A stretch of DNA of 64,000 nucleotides from Mobula hypostoma. Lineage: Eukaryota. Shown one piece after another: positions 50,830 to 62,680 of the stretch. The first letter of the stretch is position 1. The number at the start of each line of letters is the position of its first letter. The notes under the pieces were generated by a model. That model worked only from the letters and a program-made list of their open reading frames with translations, was not told the DNA's origin and did not search any database. The stretch is from positions 8,308,001-8,372,000 of the forward strand of contig NC_086097.1 in assembly GCF_963921235.1 (NCBI RefSeq), in the 5' to 3' direction. A program made the position numbers and the translations under genes.

Positions 50830-51119
50830 GTGTGAGCATTGGACTAGCTACCTGAAGGTCGTGAGTTCGAGCCCCAGCTGAGGGAACATGTTGTGTCCTT
50901 GAGCAAGGCACTTAATCCCACATTGCTCTGCGACGACACTGGTGCCAAGCTGTATGGGTCCTAATGCCCTTCCCTTGGACAACATTGGTGTTGTGGAGAG
51001 GGGAGACTTGCAGCATGGGCAACTGCTGGTCTTCCATACAACCTTGCCCAGGCCTGCGCCCTGGAGAGTGAAGATTTTCCAGGCGCAGATCTATGGTCTC
51101 GCAAGACTAACGGATACCT
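50830..51119 (+). mobile_element. tRNA-derived SINE (family of 2538-2844)
   Basis: B box GAGTTCGAGCC; body matches 30290-30553. Confidence 0.85.
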
Positions 51120-51876
51120 TTGGTCTCATAGCGTTCATGCTCATTACAGCAAATAATAAAGGCAGAGCTACAGTAGAACGTCCTTTACCAAAGCCAGTCA
51201 CTACTACTTACCCATTGGTGTTTAGTATTAACCAATGTTGCACACCATGGTAGCGTAGTCGTTAACATGACACTACTGCGGTTCGAGGCACCTAAGTTCG
51301 AAGTTCAATTCCAACATCGTTTGTAAGGAGTTTGTTTGTCCTGCCCATGAATCCATGTATTTCCTCCAGGTGATCTTATTTCCTCCCACATTCCAAAGAT
51401 ATAACAGTTCATAGGTGAATTAGTCTTTGTAAATTGTCCTGTGATTCGGCTAGGGTTAAGTAGGTGGGTTGCTGGTCAGTGCAGTTTATTGGGCTGGAGA
51501 TGCCTGTTTTGTGCTGCATCTCTAAAAAAATAAAATAAATAAGGGATTATATGAGCATTTTACCATGCAGGCACAATATAATTCTCTCTCCCTACTGAAA
51601 AAAAAAATCTTGCTTTAATCTGACAGCCCAAATACTAGTGGAGTCCTGGAAAATGTCTAATGCACACAGGGGAGACATTCCATTTTAAAGTTACTGGTGA
51701 CGGAGTGGTATGGGTTGGTTGAGCTCTGTTACACTTGAGAATGGCTGTTTTCCACTCTACCATATTGGCACTTGGCAAAAAGACTCCCAGGAATCCAAGT
51801 TGGTCAAACGTAGGTGTTACTTCCTACACATAGTCCAATAGTTAGGAAAAAGAAACAACAGAGACAGAAAAATGGC

Positions 51877-52098
51877 TGTTGTGTATTTAATATTCAAATA
51901 TATAAATATATTGTTTAATTAAGCATTCTTGTTAGTTTAAATAATCCATGATGGGTTATGTGAATTGCATGCATCGTCATGCTGCCACATGATATCTGCA
52001 CACCTCGCTTAAAGTAAACTCAAAGTTAGACCCCCATTCCCAGACTCCCATGGCTTCCTTTGAATTAATTTAATGTTTTAAAGTTACAAAACACAACA
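51877..52098 (+). mobile_element. Solo LTR (older homolog at ~56470-56697)
   Basis: Inverted termini TGTTGTGT...ACACAACA; 5-bp flanks ATGGC/ATGGT. Confidence 0.75.
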
Positions 52099-53002
52099 AT
52101 GGTATACAGGGGTTAACTGTCTAAAATAGTTGGCAATCTGCACATGATGCAACCCTCTGTGGCCAGGGCATTGTTTGCTGTTGAATGTCTTCAAGACCAA
52201 GGTCAAGTCAATGAAAAGAAAACTGAACACAATCCCCGGAACTAGGTGTGCATTTCATTATTTTTCTAACAAAATCACCGTTTTATGATCTAGTCTCTAC
52301 TGAATAAAATCTGTGACTATCTTAGCCCCATAATGATTCTGCTGTCAAGAGCAATATAATACCTTGCTTTGCTGTTTGTGCATCATGAGATACTTTTCTT
52401 TTCCACAGCATAGTTTCTTTTACATACAGTTTTGTGCAGAAGTCTCAGGCACAGATATATAACCTGCTGTAATTTTATATATTGTACTGTACTGCTGCTG
52501 CAAAAACAAAAACAGGTTTCAGGACCTATGTACAAATATACAGCCTAAGACTTTTGCACAGTACTGTAGTAATTTAATGTATTGCACTGTATTGCTACCA
52601 CAAAAAAAAACATATAGTATGTGAGTGATAATAAACCTGATTCTGATATGGGTCTCTGTTGTGCAGTGAGAGAGGGAAAGGGGCAGGAAGAGGGACATTA
52701 TGATTGGGAAAGGGGGAAGAGAGAGGGGAGGGAGTCGGAAGCACCAGAGAGACATGCTGTAATGATCAATAAACTAATTGTTTGGAATGAAATTACCCTG
52801 CCTGGTGTTTCGGGGCTGTGTGTGTCTGCACCCGTGCCACCACTCCCCCCAACTGCACCTGGCACTTCTTCTCTATCACCTATCCCAGAGCCCTCCCTCG
52901 CCATTTCCAATATCCTTTATTCCCGCCAGATGTACAAACTCGCTCTCCACTCCACGTTGACAAGTATAGTGCTGTGCAAAAGCCTTAGACACCTTAGCTA
53001 TA

Positions 53003-54805
53003 CAGTGCCTATAAAAAGTATTCACCCCTCCCTCGGGAAGATTTCATGGTCTATTGTCTACAACATTGAATCACAGTGGGTTTAATTTGTTTCTTTTTGA
53101 CACTGATCAACAGAAAAAGACTCTTACATGTCAAAGTGAAAACAAATCTCTACAAAATGATCTAAATTAATTAAAAATATAAAACATAAAATGATTGATT
53201 GCATAAATATTCATCCCCTTCTAGTCAGTATTTGGTAGATGCACCTTTGGCAGCAATTACAGCCTTTAGTCTGTGTGGATAGGTCTCTATCAACTTTGCA
53301 CATCTGAACACTGCAATTTTTCCCCAATCTTCTTGACAAAACTGCTCAAGCTCTGTTAGATTGCATGCAGGTTGTGAGTGAACAGCCCTTTTCAAGTCCA
53401 GCCACAAAATCTCAATTGGATTGGGGCCTGGACTCTGATTTGGCCACTCCAGAACATTAACTTTTTTGTTTTTAAGCTATTCCTGTGTAGCCTTGGCTTT
53501 ATCCCCGTGTCATTGTCTTGCTGGAAAATAAATCTTCTCCGGAGTCGCAGATCTCTTGCAGACTGCATCAGGTTTTCCTCAGGATTTCCCTGTATTTTGT
53601 TGCATTAATTTTACCCTTTACCTTCACAAGCCTTCCAGGGCCTGCTGCAGTGAAGCATCCCCTCAGAATGATGCAGCCCCCACCATGCTTCACGGTAGGG
53701 GTGGTGTGTTTTGGTGATGTGTGGCATTCAACTTATGCCAAACATAGTGTTTAGTCTGATGGCCATAAAGCTCAATTTTGGTTTCATCAGACAATAGAAC
53801 CTTCTTCCAGCTGACTACAGGGTCTCCCACATGCCTTCTGGCAAACTCTAGCTGAGATTTCATGCAAGTTTTTTCCAAAAGTAGCTTTCTCTTTGCCAGT
53901 CTCCCATAAAGCTGAGACTTGTGAAACACCTGGGTAAAAACAGTTGTTGAATGCACAGGCTCTCCCATCTCAGCCACTGAAGCTTGTATCTCCTCCAACA
54001 TTGTCATAGTTCTCTCGGTGGCCTCCCTCACTAGTCTTCTTCTTGCACGGTCACTCGATTTTTGAGGATATCCTGCTCTATGCAGATTTACAGCTGAGGC
54101 AAATTCTTTCCATTTCTTGGATTTCTTGGTGATTGATTTAACTGTACTCCAAGTGACTTGGAAATTTTCTTGTCTCCATTTCCTGACTCGTCCTTTTCAA
54201 TAACCTTTTGGTGGAGTTGCTTGGAATGTTCTTTTGTCTTCTTGATGTAGTTTTTTGCCATGAAACTGACTCACCAGCAGGCGGACCTTACAGATTGAAG
54301 TGCACCTTCAATAACTCCAAAAGACTGAAATTGTGTAAAATACTGAAAGGCTTTTATTCGCTGTACAATACGACCACCACGGTGAGTGTCTGCCCCCGGA
54401 CTGAGAGGGAGGGGCAAGGTGAAAACACCTTTATACAGGGCTCTGTGGGAGGAGCCAAAGGGGCAGTCAGCAGAGGGGCGTGTCCAGACAGTTAACCCAG
54501 TTACAACATATATATGGTTTACCACACAGATACAGGGCTAATTTTACTACAATCAATTGAAAGACCTTGACTGCACACGATGATCTCCATTTAACTAATT
54601 ATGTGACTTCTTAAAATCAAGTGGCGACACCAGTGATAATTTGGTGTGTCATATTAAAGAGGGCGAATACTTATGCTATCAATTATTTTTTGTTTTGTAT
54701 TTGTAACTAATTTAGATCACTTGTTTGAGATCTGTTTTCACTTTGACACAGGGGAGTCTTTCTCTGTTGATCAGTGTCAAAAAAAAGCCAAATAAAATCT
54801 ATTGT
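53003..54805 (-). mobile_element. Tc1/mariner IR-DR type transposon, transposase pseudogene
   Basis: TA|CAGTGCCTATAAAAAGTATTCACCCC left end; long TIR mirrored at ~54660-54805; WKKVLLSDETKIELYG and WLDLKRAVH..RLKAVIAAKGASTKY fragments. Confidence 0.93.
54296..54526 (-). mobile_element. Solo LTR nested in the Tc1 element
   Basis: TG...CA termini; perfect 5-bp TSD CAGAT (54291-54295, 54527-54531); TATAAA and AATAAA on the minus strand. Confidence 0.85.
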
Positions 54806-54809
54806 AGAG

Positions 54810-55260
54810 AAAACTTACAAGGAGACTGCTGCGACCTGAGCACCTGATTTACAGAGGAACGTTGAATAGGTTAGAACTTCATTCCCTAGAACATAGGAAA
54901 TTGAGGAGAGAGTTGAAAGGGGAATGCAAAATTATGAGGGTTAGAGATAGGGTAAATGCAAGCAGGGCTCTTACACTGAGGTTGGACAAGATTACAACTA
55001 GTAATTGGTTAAGAGAGAAAGGTGAAATGTTTAAGGGAAACACGAAGGGGAACTTCACTCAGAAGGTGGTGAGTGTGTGGAATGAGCTGCCTAGTGTTGG
55101 ATGCAGGCTCAATTTCAACGTGCAAGAAAAACTTGGATGGGTACATGGATGAGGGTGTATGGAGGGCTATGCCCATGGTGCAGGTCGACAGGAATAGGCA
55201 GATTAATTATACTAGATGGGCCAAAGGGCCTTTTTCTCTGTGGTAGTGTTTTATGACTCA
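54810..55260 (+). mobile_element. Old CR1-type LINE 3' fragment truncating the Tc1 right TIR
   Basis: LNRLELHSLEHRKLR..FTQKVVSVWNELP. Confidence 0.75.
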
Positions 55261-55812
55261 GTGACTCTATGCCAGTGATATTAAACCTGATTCTGATTCT
55301 GAAATGCAAAATGTCTGAATATATGCCTTAAAAACATTTTTATTTCATTGCTACCAATATATAGAAATTTGACACACTTAATTGTGACAATCAATAGAAA
55401 TCTCTTCCAATTTGCTTTTGTTATCTTTTACTATAAATTAATGTATTTGTATTTCTGTAATGCTATGATTCAGGAAACAGTTCCTCAGCCACCTTGAGGA
55501 GGCATTTGAGAAGGACTTTGTCAATGACTTTTCCTTCAGCAGAAAGCATAGACCCACTCTAGTTCTCACATCCAGACGAATAGTGGATACAACTTGCCTC
55601 CTGCATTGAAGATTATCATGATTACAACATCTCTTATCTAGTTTATTTTCTTCATTATGTAGTTGATTAGATTGTGGATTTGAAATTTAGGATTTCAGTA
55701 AGGCCTTGTGATATTTGATTTTGCAAATGGCCTTCTAATCTTCTTGTCAGTAAGAAGTGGAGCCAAGTCTAAGCTAAATAGGTTGTTTCAGAATGAAATC
55801 CAGGATGCTTAC

Positions 55813-55867
55813 ATCGAGAATGGCATCAAGGATGAAGATATCCTCAAAGAGCAGATGCATAGATTTC
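55813..55867 (-). other. Candidate 55-nt coding exon (KSMHLLFEDIFILDAILD), gene unidentified
   Basis: aaatag|G AAA TCT ATG..CTC GAT|gtaagc on the minus strand; protein-like open frame in non-repeat DNA; weak pyrimidine tract. Confidence 0.35.
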
Positions 55868-57414
55868 CTATTTATGTATATGTTAAATGTCCCCAGTTAA
55901 ATTTTCCAGTAAGTAGTTTCTTCCTAATTTTCAAGTAAGTAGTTCCTTCCTACTTTTCATGCAACCCAACTTTAAATACGTCAGCTTGACCCCATTGGAG
56001 GGTCTTGACCTGAAACATTGACTGTTTATTAATTTCTATAGATGCAGCCTCAACTGCTGAGTTCTTCCACCATTTTGTGTGTGTAGTTTATACACATCAG
56101 CCAACCCTCCTGGAAGATCATTGCTCTAGAGCAGGGTTCCCAACCTTTTTTATGCTATGGATCAATACCAATAAGCTAGGGGTCCGGGAACCCAGTTTCT
56201 ACTGGGATAATTACCTACAGAAGCAATACCTTTTTTGACATCAAGTGCACAAGCATGGGGTCTGCTACAAATGTCCCTTTAATTTATTAACTATTTGATC
56301 ATGAGCATCCAACCAGCATGATTCCAGTTTGTTTCTCTGACAGCTCTCTGGAGTAACTCAGGTAGAGCAGGAATTTGACCAACCCCTGAAGATCATGTAT
56401 TCTGGTAATCGGGCTTGGCATCTTCTTTGCGATGATCTGAAAGATATTTATTTATTGCTTCTTTAAAGTATATATCTATCTAATCGTTTATATATACTGT
56501 ATATTGTTTGATAAAGATTCATGTTCATTTAAATAATTCATTACAACTTATGTATAAAAATACATAAATTGCATATATTGACATGCTACCACATGATATG
56601 TACATACCTCACTTAAAGTAAACACAAAGATAGACTCATATTTTGGACTCCCATGTCTTCCTTTTAATTGGATTAACATTTTTAAGTGACAAAACGTTAG
56701 AGCAGAGTTTACATTTTTTCTATTATGGTGTTCTTTATCTTATTGTGTATTTTGTGCATCAGATCCAGAGTAAAAATTATTTTTGTTTTCCTTTACACTG
56801 GAGTATTGGAAATGACATTAAACAATTGTGAAACTTGAATCTCGGATCTACTGGGGCTATTAACACTATGCAAGACAGTTTATCAAAATCAGCTTCAAAT
56901 TTCCAGAGCCATTGGATCATGTTTCGGTGAACATACTAATCTACGTTTGTAGACAGTATCCCATCACACTCCTGACTTTGCCATAGACCATAAGGCAGAA
57001 TTAGGTCTTTTGGCCCATCTAGTCTGCACCATCATTTATTCAGAGCTGATTTATTTGTCCTTTCAATCCCATTCTTCTGTCGTCTCCTGGTAACCCCTTT
57101 ATGGAAGTCGCTTTCTTGAACCTCAGCTTTGAATGGTATTTGCTTACCTTTATTGTTTGCCCAGTTTGTTATTTTTTCTGCCCATTGGGTGTTTGGCTGT
57201 CTTCTTTTTTAATGGCCTTTATTGGGTTTCTTTCTGTTGAGGCTGCCTATAAGGACACAAATCTCAATCTAGTATATAGTATGCATATTTTGACAATAAA
57301 TGTATTTTAAACTATAACCTTTGATGCCCTGATTAATCAAGAACCTATCAAACTTCACTTTAACCATAACCAATGATTTGGTCTCCACAGCCATCTGTGG
57401 CAATGATTCACCAA

Positions 57415-58160
57415 AGTTCAGAGTTCAAAGTAAATTTTATTATCAAATGCAGATATGTCGCGACAAACACCTGAGATTCATTTTCTTGTGGGCCTACTCT
57501 GTAAATCTATAGACGTGTAACTATAACAGTATCAATGAAAGATCAACCAGAGTGCAGAAGACAATGAACTGTGCAAATGCAAATATAAATAAATGACAAT
57601 TAATACTGAGAGCATGAGATAATGAGATAAAGAGTCCTTAAAATGAGACCATTGGTTGTGGGAACAACTCAGTGATGGGGCAAGTGAGTAGAGTTATATC
57701 CTTTCGTTTAAGACCCTGATGATTGAGGGTCGTAACTATTGCTGAACCTGATGGTCTGAGTTCTGAGACTTATGCCTTCTTCCTGATGGGAGCAGCAAGA
57801 AGAGAGCATGATCCAGGCAGTGGGGATCCCTGATGATTGACACTGCTTTCTTACAGCAGCTTTTCATGTAGATGTGCTCAGTAGTTGGGAGGACTTTACC
57901 TGTGATGGCCTGGTCTGAATCCACTACTTTTTATAGGATTTTCCATTGAAGGGCATTGGTGTTTCCATACCAGTCTGTAATACAGCCAGTCAGTACATTC
58001 TTCACTGCACATCTATAGATGTTTCTCAAAGTTTTAGATCTCATGCCAAACCTCCGCAAACTCCTAAGGAAGTAGAGGCACTGCTGTGATTTCTTCATAA
58101 TTGCACTTACAGGCTGGGCCAGGGCAGGTTTTCTGGAATAGTAACACCCAGGAATTTAAA
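57415..58160 (-). mobile_element. Rex1/Babar-like 3' fragment inserted in a CR1 3' end
   Basis: KAVSIIRDPHCLDHALFLLLPSGRR; CR1 sequence flanks it at ~57315-57412 and 58170-58300. Confidence 0.75.
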
Positions 58161-58778
58161 GTGCTAACTCTCTGACTCAAGAAATTCCTCCTCATCTCTG
58201 TTCTAATGAATGTCCTTGCATTGTGAGGTTGTGCCCTCTAGTCCTGGATGTTCTAACTACAGTATTGTGAACGTTATCTCCATGTCCACTCTTTCTAGAC
58301 CTTGAGATGCTAGAAACCCCTTGAGATATCAAAAAAAATGGGGATACCTTACTTCTGATTTGGCTGTGTTAGCACAGCATTGATCTGACTAGTCCATTTG
58401 AATTTCCTGTCAGCAGGGATTCTCTAGTGATTGAGGATAACAATGTCAGTGAACATCAAGAGTAAATGATTAGAATTACCTTGATGGAGATTATCATTAC
58501 CTAGCAATTCTGACATATTCCATATATATACCATGAAGTATCATTCCATATAGTGTCTATAAAAAGTATTGACCCCCTTTGGAAGTTTTCATGTTTTACA
58601 ACATTGAATCACAGAGGATTTAATTTGGCTTTTTGGGATCAGCCATGATGGAATGGTGGAGCAGACTTAATGGGCTGAATGGTCTTGTAGTCTTATAGGA
58701 AAGGAAATTGCCTTTTAAACTCACAAGGGAGCATAGGCCATCAACTTTTTGCTGTTGATGTTTCTGTAGCAGGCAAAT

Positions 58779-58917
58779 TCTTTTTTACGAGGTCAAGTTG
58801 CTAGCTCGACGCTCAACCCAGCACGGATGGAAAACGTGCCCGGGGAACCAGCTGGGTTCGAACTCGAGAGCCTTCGCTCTGAAGTCCGGCGCTGATGCCA
58901 CTATGCCACCAGCTGGC
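58779..58917 (-). mobile_element. Short tRNA-derived SINE with A tail
   Basis: Reverse complement GCCAGCTGGTGGCATAGTGG..GAGTTCGAACCC..AAAAAA; GGCAAAT repeated at both ends. Confidence 0.8.
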
Positions 58918-59039
58918 AAATATAGTCTTATAGGTTAGGAATAAATTGCTGGGTGGTGCTGCATGTTCTGCCAGAAAGTATTGTTCTGTGTTGTATCTCT
59001 AAATGAACAAAAATCATCTGGCTGTCTTTTCCAAGCTTT

Positions 59040-59620
59040 AGCACATGTATATCAATGCTCACATCATTGAACAGATTCACAGTAGAGAGCATCCTAGCAA
59101 GCTACATCACTGCCTAATGCAAAAACTGCATCATGGTGAAGAGGAAGGCTCTACAACATGTAGTCGAAAATACCTAATGCATCACTGGTGCCAGCTTACC
59201 TGCCTTTAGGGACATAGATATACAGAAAGGTGCCAGGAAAAGGGCCTGTAATATCATGAAGGATCCCACCCACCCTGCTCATGGACCGTTTGTCCTACTC
59301 CCGTTAGGGAGCAGACTATGTAGGAATCACGCAGGACCACCAGATTCAAAAACAGCCACTTTCTCCAAACAGTGAGGGTGATCAACACCTCCACCAACTA
59401 ACCCAGTCACCTAAGCTTAGACATTCCTGTACCTAGTGTCACTTTATGGACATCCAATCAATCTATGCGTATAAGCTATCTTATATACAGTATTTCTATT
59501 TATTGTGTTGTTTTTATGATTGTGGGTTTTTTTTTATGCTGTATCAGATCCGGAGTAACAATTATTTTGTTCCCCTTTACATTTGTTTACTGGAAATGAC
59601 AATAAGCAATCTTGAATCTT
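59040..59620 (+). mobile_element. Rex1/Babar-like 3' fragment
   Basis: gtagagagcatccta..atcatgaaggatcccacccaccctgctcatgg (IMKDPTHPAHG). Confidence 0.7.
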
Positions 59621-60129
59621 TTTTTATGTTGCGATTGTACATGGTTTCCTTTGCTTTGTGGCTTTAGTATTTCCACCTCTGCTCTATAACAATCTGTTTA
59701 CCACCAACATAAGGCACTACCTTCCAACATTTTAAGGTTTATGGCAATCTCTTTTACATATGCTCCCAAAATGTACTGATTAAGAAAAGATTGTCTTTGA
59801 ACTGTCTCTGTTGCCCATGTGCACATTCAAATGGACTATTCTGTTCCTCTGACAATCAGCACAGCAAACGTTATCGACATATAGTCCAAACACAAGATAA
59901 TTCTGTTTTCTTGTCTATTCCATACCAGTTGTTACTGGTTGAAAAAGCAGGGCTATGTCAGACCTCTGTAAAACATCACTCAGCACCCCTTCACTTGGCC
60001 CATCTTTCCTTTCTATAACCCAAAGTTGAAAGTTCAAAGTAAGTTTATTATCAAAGTACATATATAATCACCATATACAGCCCTGAGATTTGCTTTCTTG
60101 TGGAAACTCACAGTAAATACAAAGATAGA

Positions 60130-60950
60130 TAGGAAGGCTACGATAGGAAACTGTCACATGTTGTGAGCAGAATTATCTGCAGCTTAATGTGAAAAAGACT
60201 AAGGAGCTGGTGGTAGACCTGAGGAGAGCTAAGGTACCGGTGACCCCTGTTTCCATCCAGGGGGACAGTGTGAAAATGGTGGCGGATTACAAATAACTGG
60301 GGATATGAATTGACAATAAACTGGACTGGTCAAAGAACACTGAGGCTGTCTACAAGAAGGGTCAGAGCCGTCTCTATTTCCTGAGGAGACTGAGGTCCTT
60401 TAACATCTGCCAGACGATGCTGAGGATGTTCTACGAGTCTGTGGTGGCCAGTGCTATCATGTTTGCTGTTGTGTGCTGGGGCAGCTGGCTGAGGGTAGCA
60501 GACACCAACAGAATCGACAAACTCATTCGTAAGGCCAGTGATGTTGTGGGGATGGAACTGGACTCTCTGACAGTGGTGTCTGAAAAGAGGATGCTGTCTA
60601 AGTTGCATACCATCTTGGACAATGTCTCCCATCCACTACATAATGTATTGGTTGGGCACAAGAGTACATTCAGCCAGAGACTCATTCCACCGAGATGCAA
60701 CACAGAGCATCATAGGAAGTCATTCCTGCCTGTGGCCATCAAACTTTACAACTCCTCCCTTAGAGGGTCAGAGACCCTGAGCCAATAGGCTGGTCCTGGA
60801 CTTACTTCATAATTTACTGGCACAATTTACATATTACTATTTAACTATTTATGGTTCTATTACTATTTATTATTTATGGTGCAACTGTAATGAAAACCAA
60901 TTTCCCCCGGGATCAATAAAGTATGACTATGACTATGACTATGACTATGA
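60130..60950 (+). mobile_element. Young Rex1-type LINE 3' end with (GACTAT)n tail, nested in an older Rex fragment (60025-61440, -)
   Basis: ORF 60417-60788 MLRMFYESVVASAIMFAVVCWG..RKSFLPVAIKLYN; AATAAA followed by gactat repeats. Confidence 0.92.
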
Positions 60951-62189
60951 TTCAATTAAAAAAACTGCACAATGCACTGCAAAGACTGACAACCAATATG
61001 CAAAAAACAACACATTCTGCAAATACAAAAGGGAAAAACAAAACAAAATAATGATAATTAATAAATGTTACAAATATCGAGGACATGAGTTTATAGTTCT
61101 TGGAAGTGAGTCCATAGATTGTGAAATCATTTCCTTGCTGGGGTGAGTGAAGTTATCCCATCTGGTTCAAGAACCTGATGGTTGAGGGGTAATAATTGTT
61201 CCTGAAACTGTTGGTGGGCCCTCAGGTTCACATACCTTCTTGAAGGTAGCAGTGAGAAGACAGCAAAGCTCTGATCGTGAGGTCCTTGATGATGGATCCT
61301 GCTTTCCTGTGACAGCACTCAGTGCTGATATGCTCATTGGAGGTGATGATTTCACCTGTGATAGATTGGGCTGTATCCAAAATGTTTCAGAGGCTTTTCT
61401 GTTCTGGAGCATTTGTATGCTCTCCACTGTGTATTTATAGAAGGCCACCCAGCACAAAGTGGCTGTTTTCCCTTTAATTAGATGTCTCATTCTTTATGTT
61501 ACATGTCCTATACATGATAAGACCTTTTAAATATCCCACCCCCTACAGCAGATTCTTCTACGTTACCGGAAACTGAAGCGAAACAAGCATGTCACTATGA
61601 TAAGGTTCAGTTGCCTCATTTCCCAGTTGAAGGTACTCAGAACAATATGAAACCGGAACAGGCCATTCGGCCCACGTGCCTGCACCAAGCTCAGTGCCAG
61701 TTTAACCTATTTCACCTGTGCCTGTCCACTATTGATAGAGTAATCACATTCACTTCATTCTACTGTGTCCTAGTTGAAGACATTTACAATTAATGATCTT
61801 TGGTGCTGTAACTTTAACAAATAATAGTGTGGTGGTGTAATGGTTATAGTAACATACTGTAGAAGTAGTTGTAAGACTGAGTTTCTATTCCCACCACTGT
61901 CTTTAGTGAGTCTGTATATTCTTCTCATGAGCACGTGGATTTCCTCCGGGAGCTTTTGGTTTCTCCCACATTCCAAAGATGTATCGGTTAGGGTTAGTAA
62001 GTTGTGGGTATGCTACATTAGTGCTGTAAGCATGGCAATAGGAATGCCCCCAGTATACTTTGGTCTCTGATGGTCGTTGACGGAAAATAACGAGTTTCAT
62101 TGTCTGTTTCGATTTACATATGACAAATAATACAGAGAGGTTGTTCCAATGGCCAACCAATTTAACTCCAATCCCTGTTCCTTTTTCGA

Positions 62190-62680
62190 GATGTGAGTCC
62201 TTGGCCACAATGAGGCTACTGTCAGCAGGTAGCAGGAGCAACATCTCATATTCCATTTGAGAAGCATTAACCTGACAGCACAAACGTCAATTTCTCCAAC
62301 TTCTTGTAATTTCTCCTCCATCTCCCCTTCTGTTCTTTTCAATTCTCTGTACCATCTCCTCTCTTATCCCTTCTCTTCTCCTCACTTGCCTATCACCTTC
62401 CTCTGGTGCCCTTCCCCTCTTCCCCCTTCCTCTCATGTTCCACTCTTTTCCTATCGGATTCCTTCTTCTTCGGTCCCTTTATCTTTTCCACCTATCACCT
62501 CCCAGCTTCTCACTTCACCCCCACCCACCTTCCCCCTCACCTGGTCTCACCTATCACCTGCCAGCTTGTACACCTTCCCCTCCCTTCGTCTTCTTATTCT
62601 TGCTTCTCCTCCCATTGCTTTCCAGTTCTGATGAAGATTCTCAGCCTAAAGCATCGATTCTTTATTCCTCTCAGGTACCC
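62190..62680 (+). mobile_element. Older Penelope-like 3' fragment (endonuclease end, pyrimidine tract, decayed hammerhead)
   Basis: aatgaggctact..gagcaacatctcatattccatttg matches the 16800-16860 reverse complement; cagttctgatgaagattctcagcctaaagcatcga at ~62623-62657. Confidence 0.75.

Noticed and set aside
51877..56697. Two same-orientation LTR-like copies about 4.4 kb apart as a full LTR retrotransposon
   Set aside because: The first copy has its own 5-bp flanking duplication, the copies are clearly diverged, and the interval holds Tc1/LINE debris rather than gag-pol.
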